Shown here in pieces: positions 1-13,583 of a stretch of DNA of 64,000 nt. The notes under the pieces are model-generated. The model was not told the origin of the DNA, ran no database searches, and saw only the letters and a list, made by a program, of their open reading frames with translations. Within the stretch, counting starts at the first letter, position 1. Each line of letters opens with the position of its first letter. Source of the DNA: Haliotis rufescens (taxonomy: Eukaryota); the NCBI RefSeq assembly GCF_023055435.1, contig NW_025963879.1, positions 24,924,001-24,988,000 on the forward strand, given 5' to 3'. The translations under genes were made by a program, and so were the position numbers.

Positions 1-1512
1 ATGAGGGGGAGGAGCAGAGCAGTACCACCTATTGTCCGGGGACTGGTCAAATGACGCATCTGAGTCTTCCCCAGATGTCATCATTGTACTGTTACAGGGT
101 ATGAGGGGGAGGAGCAGAGCAGCACCACCTATTGTCCGGGGACTGGTCAAATGACGCACTTGAGTCTTCCCCAGATGTCATCATTGTACTGTTACAGGGT
201 AGGGGGAGGAGCAGAGCAGCACCACCTATTGCCCGGGGACTGGTCAAATGACGCACTTGAGTCTTCCCCAGAGGTCAACATTGTACTGTTACAGGAAATG
301 AGGGGGTGGAGCAGAGCAGTACCACCTATTGTCCGGGGACTGGTCAAAAGACGCACTTGAGTCTTCCCCAGATGTCATCATTGTACTGTTATAGGGTATG
401 AGGGGGAGGAGCAGAGCAGCACCACCTATTGTCCGGGGACTGGTCAAATGACGCACTTGAGTCTTCCCCAGATGTCATCATTGTACTGTTACAGGGTAGG
501 GGGAGGAACAGAGCAGCACCACCTATTGTCCGGGGACTGGTCAAATGACGCACTTGAGTCTTCCCCAGAGGTCAACATTGTACTGTTACAGGAAATGAGG
601 GGGTGGAGCAGAGCAGTACCACCTATTGTCCGGGGACTGGTCAAATGACGCACTTGAGTCTTCCCCAGATGTCATCATTGTACTGTTACAGGGTATGAGG
701 GGGAGGAGCAGAGCAGCACCACCTATTGTCCGGGGACTGGTCAAATGACGCACTTGAGTCTTCCCCAGAGGTCAACATTGTACTGTTACAGGAAATGAGG
801 GGGTGGAGCAGAGCAGTACCACCTATTTCCCGGGGACTGGTCAAATGACGCACTTGAGTCTTCCCCAGATGTCATCATTGTACTGTTACAGGGTATGAGG
901 GGGAGGAGCAGAGCAGCACCACCTATTGTCCGGGGACTGGTCAAATGACGCACTTGAGTCTTCCCCAGAGGTCAACATTGTACTGTTACAGGAAATGAGG
1001 GGGTGGAGCAGAGCAGTACCACCTATTGTCCGGGGACTGGTCAAATTTCGCATCTGAGCCTTCCCCAGGGGTCATCATTGTACTGTTACAGGGTATGAGG
1101 GGGAGGAGCAGAGCAGTACCACCTATTGTCCGGGGACTGGTCAAATGACGCATCTGAGCCTTCCCCAGGGGTCATCATTGTACTGTTACAGGATATGAGG
1201 GAGAGGAGCAGAGCAGTATCACCTATTGTCCGGGGACTGGTCAAATGACGCACCTGAGTCTTCCCCAGATGTCATCATTGTACTGTTACAGGATATGAGG
1301 GGGAGGAGCAGAGCAGTATCACCTATTGTCCGGGAACTGGTCAAATGACGCATCTGAGTCTTCCCCAGAGGTCATCATTGTACTGTTACAGGATATGAGG
1401 GGGAGGAGCAGAGCAGCACCACCTATTGTCCGGGGACAGGTCAAATGACGCATCTGAGTCTTCCCCAGAGGTCATCATTGTAATGTTACAGGATATGAGG
1501 GGGAGGAGCAGA
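1..1512. repeat. 100-bp tandem satellite, ~15 units (array runs off the window start)
   Basis: Unit atgagggggaggagcagagcagtaccacctattgtccggggactggtcaaatgacgcatctgagtcttccccagatgtcatcattgtactgttacagggt recurs at 1, 101 and onward, with alternating variants. The same family recurs downstream of TRIM copies 1, 3, 4 and 5. Confidence 0.97.
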
Positions 1513-2520
1513 GTTTGTTATGGAGCTATTTCTACTCTGTATCCTGGTGATGTTGTGAGATATGTATGTGTAAGATGTGTTTTACGAGACACTAATCCTT
1601 GCTCGTCACGCTGGAAAACACAAATGAGCAACATTGTTTTGTTTCAGCTTCAAAGACGTTGTTCCGACGACACTGATGCAGAAGGAAGTTCCACTGTTCT
1701 GCCACGTGTCCTGCAGAGGAATCAGGCCCAGGAGAGTCAAGTCAGAGTTAGATAGGCGGATCATATGACGTGGAACACGAAAACAGCCAAACCAGTCTAG
1801 AATGTTACTTAAATTCGTCGCCTGATTTCTGTACGTCATAGAAGGTGCCTAAATTGGTGGTCAGTTGGTCCCAGCTAAGCATTAATTACAGTAATTGTTT
1901 TGCTAAATTTACTAAACTGTGGCGTGTTGTGAAGCACAGAACCATTAGCTCTCTTGTTGTTGGGAGGAATTGCCACATTCACTCTGGAACACGAAGCGGT
2001 TCGATGGTAATAAATCGTGATGCGATGTTTTGTGAAGCGGTGTAAAATACATGCTTCAAGTGATGAATGTTGTATGTGAAAAAATGGATATCACTGTTCG
2101 TGCTGTCGATATATGTTGCTCATTAATTAATCCAATGTACATATACGTTTGTGTGTGATAACACGAAGATGTATTCACTGTTGTGCTATCGATGCTTGAT
2201 GCTTGATACAGAAACATACAGCATTTACGACTTTGTGCTTATTGTACAATTGCACCCACCAAGTGAGCTTGAAAGAATTAGTTTGCGAGCAGCTTACAGA
2301 GATATTAGCCACTGAATGTTGGTAAATAATCTTGTTATACAGGTGTAGGAAACCAGCAAGAAAAGAGTATCGTAACTTATTCTCGAGTAAATAAGTGTAG
2401 TTTTCCAGTCATCAATATTACAGCTGTCTCATGTAAGTCTGTCAGTTTGTTTCCACTCGCCCCTTTTTCTGTGACCTGCAAGCAGCTTGTCCCACAATGA
2501 CACGAGTTGGTAACGAACGA

Positions 2521-2870
2521 ATCACGCCCACACCCCTCTAGGATAGATCTCACCGGTTGATCAATTTCCCTCGACATCGGTAACCTGCTTGTCTCAGGTA
2601 AGTGGTTTGTCACAAGGCTTGCGACTACTTCAGTTATAACGCTACACACCTGTCCTACTGTGTACTGGTAACACCACAAGGGTTCATCTAACGAACTTAT
2701 CACGCCCACACCCCTCTAGGATAGATCTCACCGGTTGATCAATTTCCCTCGACACCGGTAACCTGCTTGTCTCAGGTAAGTGTGTTGTCACAAGGCTTGC
2801 GTCTACTTCAGATATAACGCTACACACCTGTCCTACTGTGTACTGGTAATACCACAATGGGTCATCTAAC
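2521..2870 (+). repeat. 178-bp direct duplication containing the putative non-coding first exon and splice donor of TRIM copy 1
   Basis: atcacgcccacacccctctagg starts at 2521 and 2699. Each copy has ctcag|GTAAGT (GT at 2598 and 2776). Confidence 0.8.
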
Positions 2871-3530
2871 TATACGGTCATCTCCAGGCAGATTCGCATG
2901 ACCGGGCACCTAATTAAATGTAACATGTAGGCTAACCAGAATATTTCAAAGATCCACTGTCATTAAATACTCTGATCGGCCACTTGACTTCAATACTGAG
3001 ACCGATCCCGAAGTATGTGTTACTGTATGTATATATCACGTGTGTCTGTTACAGTTGTGACTGACATGATCCCTGACAAATGCTTAAGTAACTAATATGG
3101 GAAAATACTTCGACATAACTGTATTATTTCACATCTGATATGGTAGTATATGAACTGTACTTTCGATATGGTATTGAGTGGGTGTCACCTCATAACTATG
3201 TCACGTGATCGATACACTGCACACGGTTCACAAGTGCACGCACTTCATGTTGTAAAGCCAGCCTGTCACTGATTTGACAAGCACCACCCACGAGCTGCCA
3301 TTGTGAGGCCACTGTTTCTAGGTTCTCGGTGTCACCATGACATACATTGCATAACAAACGCGTACTGCCAGGCCATCAATATTTTACTAATTAACCAACT
3401 TCAGCAAGCGGACTAAAACCAACCATACAACCAAACAAAACTACTTAGGTACCACCTCATGTGTTCAAAACTGGTTATGAATGTCAAGAAGTACATGTCC
3501 TGATGAACTGACGACATACTATATAGATGA

Positions 3531-3678
3531 NNNNNNNNNNNNNNNNNNNNNNNNNNNNNNNNNNNNNNNNNNNNNNNNNNNNNNNNNNNNNNNNNNNNNN
3601 NNNNNNNNNNNNNNNNNNNNNNNNNNNNNNNNNNNNNNNNNNNNNNNNNNNNNNNNNNNNNNNNNNNNNNNNNNNNNN
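3531..3678. other. Assembly gap (148 N)
   Basis: Run of N. Confidence 1.
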
Positions 3679-3954
3679 CAGGTACGGTAAGTCAAAGTGA
3701 GACTCGTCTTAAAGTGTTAACTTGATAGAATCTGCACACATCTGTGATGATGTTTTTATTTATATATAGGTTTATGCTTTCAAGATCTGGATGATTCCAG
3801 TTTGGGGAATACACAATCGTTTTTTTTGAACTTTTGATCGGGAGAGTAAATTATCACAACTGAAGTCGGCCTTAGTGTTTAAGAGTGTTAAGCTCAGGTT
3901 GTGTATGTTTTCTACACAAGCAATACACGACTGGTTTGTCTTTTTCTAGGTAAG

Positions 3955-6341
3955 ATGGCGACCTCCCAGAAGCTAACAGAACACTTCCTGACATGCACGA
4001 TATGTACAGAGGTGTTTGACAAGCCCTGTACACTTGTATGTAATCACACCTTCTGTCGTAAATGTGTCGTCAACTACACCAAAACCAGACCAGAAGCCAT
4101 TAGTGCCAAGTCTCTCCTGTGTCCATTCTGCAGGAAGATGACGAAAGTGTCTGCCCCTGAGAGACCAGTGGAGGAGTGGGCGGATGACGTCAAGCCTAGC
4201 TTTGTCATCCAGGGACTTTTGGACTCGTTTGGCCCCGGATCTAAAGGTGAGCGTTTGTGGTTTGTATGAATATAAATGTTATTTCGAAGCAGGTAACTCC
4301 ACACCTGATTGGATAATAGGAATGTGTGTTGAGTGAGAAGATATTTTGTAAGGTTTCAAAATTTATCGAAAGTCATTTATTAAGTTGTGTTCGTGTACAC
4401 TGTTTTAACAAGTAACAACGATTATCCGGACATGATTCGAAAGGGAGATGGTCTAAGGTCTATCTCAGACACAATTGCCATTTTTCTCTGAAATCTATAT
4501 CTATATGGCGATTTCTATCAGTGAGACAAATCCAATGTTATTTACATAATTTTTCACATTACGTGGTATTGGGATGTTATTGATGCATGTTGTCTCACCC
4601 AAGTGAGTGATGTACATGATATGCCACATGAAGTTCTGTAATAGATTGTGATGTAGAACTGTTAATATCTCTTCATGATTACATTCCTATTTCAGATACG
4701 ACTCACTGTAGTTATTGTAAGGAGGAAGGGGAGACAACTCCAGCTACATCTTGGTGCTCTGTTTGTGACGACGCACTCTGTGAACGATGTATTCGAGTAC
4801 ACAGACGAATTCCATCTTTCCGTCACCATGACGTAGTTGACCTGTCTGGAGAGACAAAGGTTCGCGTCAAGAGAAAGGTCATGTGTAAACTTCACAAAGA
4901 TGAAAATATCAAATATATTTGTAAAGATTGTAAAACAGCAGTTTGTCAAAAATGCTGCACTATCCATCACAGGAAATGTGACTTGGTTGTTGAAATTGAG
5001 TCGGAGATTCCTTCCATGAAAACTGAGCTGAGAAGGAATAAAGAGGTATTGTTGAACAAACAAGACGAGATGAAAACACATATTGGTAAACAAACCTCCA
5101 AAGTCAATGAAGCATTAACGCTTTACTTACAAATAGAATCGAATATCAAATCTGCAAGTGTCAAAACAATTGAGGTGATCAAAGTCAAGGAACGGACACT
5201 TTTGGCTGAACTGAAAGAAATGTCTGACAAACACATTGGAGAACTGAAAGCAGACATAAAGTCAGGTGAGATGTCAGTACAGGTGTACCAACAACAGGCA
5301 GAGCTGATAGACCAGACTCTACAATCTGAGTGTGACATGGGTGTGTATGAGATGTACCAGGGATGTGAGGCCGTTGATGTGGAGGCTGTCGGAGTCGCAG
5401 ACGTGAAGGAGAAGGGAAGAATAGCCAGGATCATGTTCAGACAGGACACGGACAAGCTGAGTAGAGCACTGGACGATCTACAGCTGGGTGAGATAGACGT
5501 CCTGTATGAGGGTGTGCTGGACCTGAAGGCGACTCTTGTGGTACAGGACACCATTAACACCAGAGTAGCAGGGGATATGTTAAGAGAAGACATCTGTGAC
5601 GGGGTAGTGGTAGTGGTGAATGGTACAGACACAGTGGTAGTCACAGACATCTACAACAACAGTGTGAAGTCCTTCTACACCAGGAACAAGCAGCCGTGTC
5701 ACAGCAGGCTCAGTGTGGGTGGTAATCCGTATGGTATAACAAAGTTGAAGGACAACCAGGTGGCTTTCACTATGCTGGGTACCAGACAGATTGTAACAGT
5801 ACAAGTCAACCCTGACCTGGAGCTGCTGTCAACCATCACAACCAGCAAACAGTACTGGGGTATAACGTCTCTGACACCATCAACACTAGCAGCAAGTTCC
5901 CACTCCCCTCCCTGTGTTGATATCCTGGATATGGCGGGACACGTGCTGAGGTCAATTTGTCCAGGCCAACCTAGTAGATACATCTTGAAGTATCCCTTCT
6001 TCCTTTGTACCACGAGGACAGGAAACATCCTGGTGTGTGACAGTGGATCCACGTGTGTCGTGTGTCTGACTCCCGAGGGAGATGTGGTGTTCACATACAG
6101 CCCTACAGGAGACACAGCACTGAAGGATGCACTTGGTATCACAAGCACGAGCACAGGCGACATCCTGGTAGCAGACCAAACACTACACAGAGTCCTCCAT
6201 CTGACTGAGTCAGGACAATTTGTTAGAAACATACTGACATCACGGGATGGTGTCCAGAGTCCACGTGGAGTGTGTGTTGGTGGGCGTGGCCGCATGTACG
6301 TATGTACACCAGATGGAGTGAAGGTATTTACATGTAAGTGA
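3955..6341 (+). CDS. TRIM-NHL-like E3 ligase copy 1 (RING, B-box1, B-box2, coiled coil, NHL-like propeller), 645 aa
   Basis: Exons 3955-4246 and 4696-6341; phase-1 GT-AG intron (aaag|gtgagc ... tttcag|atacg). C3HC4 RING CTIC..CNHTFCRKC..CPFC; B-box1 CSYC..CSVCDDALCERC..H..H; B-box2 CKLH..CKDCKTAVCQKC..HH; NHL-type blades (PYGIT, GNILVCD, GDILVAD, PRGVCV). Confidence 0.93.
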
Positions 6342-8740
6342 ATGAACATGTCGCAATCCTCCTTTCAATGAACTGTAGTCACGTGTGAGTTGAGGATTTA
6401 GGTTTGGATATGTATCATTGTGTATTTACCTTTAAGCACATTTCACTGTGTTTTAGTAAAATCACATTATATATTAATGTTTAATCACTCATCTGAGCTT
6501 TGCTATTTGAATGTGATGAATGAAGATTTAATCATACATGGTCTGTAAGTGTACATATTATTTTTGTAATCTCAATAGCAAGACACGGTTATTCACTACC
6601 GCTTCAGATCTAATCTGAACATGTTTTCCATTTTATGTATTACAAACTTCGATTCGATAAAATGTCATTATATCGAATACCAGATCCTCCGCATGATGTG
6701 TTTTTCATGTTTGTAACCACAATGCGAGTGTTACATGGAGCTATTCCTTCTGTTCGACACTCTTTTGTTACAGATGTATATATCAAGCGCCGTTTTACTA
6801 TTTATTCCTGATTTCATATCAATAATTCATTTAATGATACCCCAAAATGAATTATTGTGAATTATCATCATGCCAGTGTTTTATGGATCTATTCGTGATA
6901 TCCGATATATCTGTGTAATATTTACATGACAGCCAGACTTATAGGCATTCAATGACCACAATGATCCGGGCGACAGTTGCTGAGTTCGACAGGTTAATCG
7001 TGGCTGCACACCGCCAAACCAGTCAACGTGAAAAGCCCGTATTAAGCAGCCATTGTGACCAACCGATCTCCAATTTAGTCACCTTGTATAACATGGGTAC
7101 AAATCAAGGGACGAATTTAAGTACAATGTCAGCCTCAGTGTTCAACAGAATCACCTGAAACTACTCTTGTACATATATACATTAAATGTACTGATTGTTT
7201 TTGTAACTTCACCTAATGTTTCGCGTTATGAAGCACAGAACCAACAGCTCTCTCGTTTCTGTGGTGAGGACTTGTCACATTCATTTGGCTTCTGAGCGGT
7301 CGAAGGGAGATAAATCGTGATTGGATGTTTTGTGAAGCGCAATAAAATACAGTGAACGAAAGTACACGTGAAGCCAGGAACATTTTATCACATAGAGTGT
7401 TGTTTATGTTTTGTGAAGCGCAATAAAATACAGTGAACGAAAGTACACGTGAAGCCAGGAACATTTTATCACATAGAGTGTTGTTTATGTGTGTTGCAAA
7501 TAAATGAATAGACTGTAATTCTGTTTGTTGGTCAACAATGCGATATTCAAGCTGCATGTATGACGGTAAATAATCGAGTATGAACGCGAGAAAGCAGTGA
7601 TTGACATCACGAGCAACATACCAAGTCGTTGGGTCACGATGACACTGTATCAACCAGGTGAAGGAGTCTGACCATTTGGTCACCTCGTACGACAAGCACA
7701 GGTTGCTGAGGACCTATTCTAGCCCGGAATCCCCACGTGGAGACCTTCATTGGTTGCTTGTTGTTCACCGCCTGTGCGATAAAGACGCACAAAGGCCTTT
7801 CCATATTCATAGGAAATCTCTGCTTGAAGCAGAGTCGACTGTATGATTCCGACTATATCATGAGCAAGTCTTTATTGAACACCATCAAATTGTGATGATA
7901 CCAGGTGTTCGCTAAAAGGTGAGCGTAGCCTGTCCCACCGGCGGCTCCCATTACCAGCAAGTCAGTTGTTCACCTGAAAAGACACTGAAACATGTGGTTC
8001 AAGTCAAAACAGGGAATAACATCTGACATCAGTTTCACCATGTTAGTTTTGCCGACGTGGGCAACCTAAGCATGCTATACAATCAATAGAAGAAAGTGAA
8101 CTATTCTAGAGCTGAGGGGACTGTTCTCGACCTGTGAACCGTTGTTTTGTACCCAGTACTAAGTGGCATTCGCAAATAATCAATAGATATCACATATATT
8201 GATACTAACACATTACATTACACATACTATTCTAATACACAAAGCAAAAAAACAGGAACCCTGGTTACAAAAGGAAAACTCCTGGTAGATTTGACGTATC
8301 AAAGTAATCAGTAGGCCATTGTGGGACATTGCTATGTCCATCCAACACTAACAGGCATACGTCACCCATGCCGCGGTCAACGTGACTTCAAGTATATTGA
8401 ATTGTGTACCATCTGAGAAGAAGATCGCGGATTTATAAAAAAAATTCTTGGGTAGGAAATTTGAGTCTGAAGACACACGTTAATACTACGTCACATATTG
8501 TAGGTACAGTACTGGTATGCCCGTTGATGTCAGATCAGCGTTTATGAGATATACAAATGGCCTATAAAATGTCATCAAATACTCAGGATTCCTAAGGTGG
8601 GCTTTGTTAATACCTCAGACCTGGGATAAGTGCAGATAAGGTATGAAACATCAGTCAAAGTCTATCATACCTTTTACTATATACTTATATTTTTAAGTTT
8701 GGCACGTATACTAGTTGTTTCTTATTTTTATGCCATAGTC

Positions 8741-9277
8741 AGAGCAGAGCAGCATCATCTGTTGTCCGGGGACTGGTCAAATGACGCATCTGAGTCTTCC
8801 CCAGAGGTCATCATTGTACTGTTACAGGATATGAGGGGGAGGAGCAGAGCAGCATCACCTATTCTCCGGGAACTGGTCAAATGACGCATCTGAGTCTTCC
8901 CCAGAGGTCATCATTGTACTGTTACATTATATGAGGGGGAGGAACAGAGCAGCATCACCTATTGTCCGGGGATTGGTCAAATGACGCATCTGAGTCTTCC
9001 CCAGAGGTCATCCTTGTACTGTTACAGGATATTGGGGGAGGAGCAGGGCAGTCCCACCTATTGTACGGGGACTGGTCAAATGACGCATCTGAGTCTTCCC
9101 CAGGGGTCAACATTGTACTGTTACAGGATATGAGGGGGAGGAGCAGAGCAGTACCACCTATTGTCCGGGGACTGGTCAAATGACGCATCTGAGTCTTCCC
9201 CAGGGGTCAACATTGTACTGTTACAGGATATGAGGGGGAGGAGCAGAGCAGTACCACCTATTATCCGGGGACTGGTA
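8741..9277. repeat. 100-bp satellite, ~5 units
   Basis: Same unit as 1-1512. Confidence 0.95.
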
Positions 9278-9387
9278 ATTGGCTTGTGGAGAAATCTAAC
9301 TCCCAAACATTTCTGAAATTTATGGGTCATCTTGATGCACATGTCAGACACCACGTCCCTTGTTTTCACGTGGGTCTCTTGAACCAT

Positions 9388-10080
9388 TACATCACGTAGC
9401 TCACCTTTGGTTACATAAATTAGCTTACCTTTGGTTACGTCAAGTAGCTCACCTTTGGTTACATGAATTAGCTTACCTTTGGTAACGCAAAGTGGCCCAC
9501 CTTTGGTTATATCACGTAGCTCACCTTTGGTTACATAAATTAGCTTACCTTTGGTTACGTCTAGTAGCTCCCCTTTGGTTACGTCACGTAGCTCACCTTT
9601 GGTTACATAAATGAGCTTACCTTTGGTAACGTCAAGTGGCCCACCTTTGGTAACATCACGTAGCTCACCTTTGGTTACATTCATTAGCTTACCTTGTGTT
9701 ACGTCAATAAGCTCACCTTTGGTTACATCACGTAGCTCACCATTGGTTACATACATAAGCTTACCTTTGGTTACGTCACGTAGCTCACCTTTGGTTACAT
9801 AAATGAGCTTACCTTTGATTACATCAAGTAGCCTACCATTGCTTTCATCACGTAGGTCACCTTTGGTTACATAAATTAGCTTACCTTTGGTAACGTCAAG
9901 TAGCCCACCTTTGGTTACATGAATTAGCTTACCTTTGGTAACGCCAAGTGGCCCACCTTTGGTAACATAAATGAGCTCACCTTTTGTCACATAAATTAGC
10001 TTACCTTTGATTACATCAAGTAGCCTACCATTGGTTTCATCCAGTAGCCTACCTGTGGTTACATAAATTAGCTTACTTAC
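9388..10080. repeat. 24-bp minisatellite with 48-bp dimer structure
   Basis: gttacatcacgtagctcacctttg alternates with gttacataaattagcttacctttg. Confidence 0.93.
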
Positions 10081-10779
10081 ATATAATTTAACATTCCGTT
10101 GTCTAATATGCATACGAGTAGTAGTAGTTGTAGTAGCAGTGGTGGTAGTAGTAGTAGTAGTCGTGGTATGCCATAAAGAGACCTGTTCAAGTCGCAAACA
10201 GAAGGTATAAAACATCCATAATAATGAGAGACATACGTCAGTAGTCAATCATATCATATCGCGTGCCAGTGAAGAGAACGAAGAAGAGGAAAAAAAATGA
10301 TTCTAGTTATGATGTGAGCTGAATTATCTGTCGTGTTGCAATCAGCTCATTAGATATTCCAGTTGTAAGGCTATTGCAGTCATGCAGTCGGGATGGAATA
10401 AGTGATCAAACGAGGCTGGCAGTATCATCTCAGGTGAGGAGATGGCGTATAGATCCAATGTGATGAGATGACAAATTATTATTATTATTCATAATGATTC
10501 AAGATGCAGTTTGGTTGCTTAGTAATGTACACGTATCTACATGTTTTATATCCGAGTGAGTGAATGCTGTTTAACACCACAGTCAGCAATATGCTACTTA
10601 TAGCACAACGACCTGTGAAGAAGTGTTGGGCTAAACAGTGCTTGGTGGCATCAGCAAAGAACCAGGTCTTCGGGCACGATGAAACAATCTCATCATGGGA
10701 TCTTGAAGAAGGTATGAACGAACACGTGACAGGTGACCTCACAGCGGTGTTTGCAATGACAAAGGACCATAAGAACTCA

Positions 10780-13326
10780 CTCTAATGCTTTAACCACCAA
10801 CACTGTTGCATAGAAGACCCACACTAATGCAACAGCAACCAACACTAATGCATCAGACACACACACTTATACATTAGCAACCAACACCAATGTATTAGCA
10901 ACCGACACTAATGCATTTATAACTCACACTTATGCATCAGTAACCCAAATTAATGCCTTAGCAACCCACACAAGTGCATAAGCAACCCACATTAATGCAT
11001 CAGCAGCCAAAACTAATGCATCAGCAACCCAAACTAATATATTAGCAACCAACACTAATACATTAGCAACCCACACTTATGTATTAGCAACCGACACTAA
11101 TGCACCAGCAACCAACACTAATGCATCAGCAACCCACACTAATTCATTTGCAACAAACCCTTATGCATTAGCAGCCCCCACTAATGCATCACCAACCCTA
11201 ACTAATACATTAACAACCGACACAGATGCATTATCAACCAACACTCATGCATCAGCAACCATGACTTATGCATCAGCAACCAAGACTTATGCTTAAGCAA
11301 CCCACACTAATGCATTGGCAACCCACACAAGTGCATTAGCAACCACACTAGTTCACCAGCAACCCAAACTAAAGCATCAGAAGCTCACACTAATGTATTA
11401 GGAACCCACACTTAAGCATCAGACACACACACTAATACATGAGCAACCAACACTCATGTATTAAAAGCCTACACTTAAGCATCAGGCACACACACTAATA
11501 CATTAGCAACCAACACAGATGCATTATCAACCCATACTAATGCACCAGCAACCCACACAAGTGCATAAGCAACCCACATTAATGCGTCAGCAGCCAAAAC
11601 TAATGCATCAGCAACCCAAACTAATATATTAGCAGACAACACTAATACATTAGCAACCCACACTTATGTATTAGCAACCAACACTAATGCATCAGCAACC
11701 CACACTTATTGATTAGCAACAAACCCTAATGCATTAGCAGCCCCCACTAATGCTTCACCAACCCTAACTAATACATTACCAACCAACACTGATGCATAAC
11801 AACCCACACCATTGCATCTGTAACCCACACAAATGCATTGGCAACCCACACAAGGGCATTAGCAACCACACTAATGCGCATCAGCAACTCACACTAATGC
11901 ATCAGACACCAACACTACTTCAGCAACCAACACTCATGCATAAGGAACCCACACTAAAGCATCAGGCACACACACTAATACATTAGCAACCAAAACTCAT
12001 GTATTAGGAGCCATCACTAAAGCATCAGGCACACACACTAATACATTAGCAACCAAAACTCATGTATTAGAAACCTACACTAAAGCATCAGGCACACACA
12101 CTAATATCTAGCAACCAACACTAATGCATTTATAGCCAACTATTATGCTTCAGTTAGCCAAACTAAAGCCTTAGCAACCCACGCAAGAGCATTAGCAGCC
12201 CACACTAATGCATCAGCAGCCAACACTAATGCATCAGCAACCCAAACTTATATATTAGCAACCAACACTAATACATTAGCAACCAGCACTTATGTATTAG
12301 CGACCGACACTTATGCATTAGCAGCAAACCCTAATGCATTAGCAACCCACACTAATGCATTAACAACCCACACTAATGTATCAGCGACCAATACAAATGC
12401 ATAAGGCACCAACACTAATACTTCAGTGAGTGAGTGAGTGAGTATGGTTTTCGATGGTCTTCGGCGTGACGAGCGGACGCTTTAACCACTAGGCTACCCG
12501 ACCGCCCCACTAATACTTCAGCAACCAACACTAATATATTAGGAACCCACACTAAAGCATCAGACACACACACTAATACATTTGCAACCAGCACTCATGT
12601 ATTAGGAACCCACACTAAAGCATCAGGCACACACACTAATACATTAGCAACCACAACTCATGTATTAGGAGCCTTCACTAAAGCATCACGCACAAACACT
12701 AATACATTAGCAACCAAAGCTCACGTATTAGGAGCCTTCACTAAAGCAGCAGGCACACCCACTAATACTTTACTAACCAACACTCATGCGTTAGCAACCC
12801 ACACTAAAGCATCAGGCACTAACACTGATACATTAGCAGCCAACACTCGCGCATTAGGAGCCTTCACTAAAGCACCAGGCGCACACACTAATACATTAAC
12901 AACCAACACTCATGCGTTAGGACTCACACTAATGCAGTAGACACACACTAATACATTAGCAACCAACACTCATATATAAGGAACCCACACTAAAGCATCA
13001 GACACACACACTTATACATTAGCAACCAAAACTCATCCATCAGCAGCCCACACTAAAGCATCAGACACACACACTTATACATTAGCAACCAAAACTCATG
13101 TATTAGGAACACACACTAAAGTATCAGACACACACACTAATACATTACCAACCAACACTCATCCATCAGCAGCCCACACTAAAGCATCAGACACACAGAC
13201 TTATACATTACCAACCAATACTCATGTATTAGGAATCCACACTAAAGCATCAGACACACACACCTATACATTAGCAACCAACACTCCTGTATTAGGAACC
13301 CACACTAAAGTATCAGGCACACACAT
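10780..13326. repeat. 21-bp satellite (cactaatgcattagcaacc[c/a]a), degenerate, with 42-bp dimers
   Basis: About 2.5 kb of 21-bp periodic sequence with palindromic core ctaatgcattag. Confidence 0.93.
12427..12507 (-). mobile_element. Internally deleted tRNA-derived SINE (ACTC-tail family A) inserted in the satellite
   Basis: SINE head gggcggtcgggtagcctagtggttaaag and (ACTC)n tail; 14-bp TSD cactaatacttcag at 12413-12426 and 12508-12521. Confidence 0.85.
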
Positions 13327-13573
13327 TTTGTAGTATTTATTTTGTTGTTCAACAATGATTGTAACTGTATTACATTGTTTCTGTTGGCATTCAGAAGTTC
13401 ATTGCATGGACAAAAATCAAGTGTACACGATATACGTCTTTTCCTTTGGACAAGAGGTCGCTCACATGGCGTTCATAGCGACACAACTTGATGTTCTTAC
13501 GTTTTTCAGGAGACCGTATTCTTGAAATGACATAAACACCGACGGACTACTTACACTTTCCTGGGGGAAGCCT

Positions 13574-13583
13574 GGGAATTCCC
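13574..13583. promoter_or_regulatory. Palindromic NF-kB-type site GGGAATTCCC upstream of TRIM copy 2
   Basis: Exact GGGRNNYYCC consensus; homologous sites at 38817 and 58422. Confidence 0.5.

Noticed and set aside
1-1512. Regular repeats resembling a CRISPR array (also 19392-20490 and 21050-21500)
   Set aside because: Units are head-to-tail with no unique spacers, there are no cas genes, and the context is eukaryotic.
5559-6341. Diversity-generating retroelement-like mutagenesis (aac/cac/atc/acc/tac at one variable codon)
   Set aside because: No reverse transcriptase or template repeat in the window, and other variable codons are not adenine-restricted. Positive selection plus gene conversion explains the pattern more simply.
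5123-6349. Long antisense ORFs overlapping TRIM exon 2 (recurring in every copy)
   Set aside because: Shadow frames of the coding strand with inconsistent starts and stops between paralogs and no recognisable motifs.
6952-7846. Short ORFs repeated downstream of each TRIM copy (MTARLIG..., MKESDHL...)
   Set aside because: Recurrence reflects segmental duplication of 3' flank and repeat remnants; frames are broken differently among units.
9121-10248. 375-aa minus-strand ORF with VTKG repeats
   Set aside because: It is a read-through of (AGT)n, the 24-bp minisatellite and the 100-bp satellite. The unit length is a multiple of 3, and the ORF is not preserved in paralogous cassettes.
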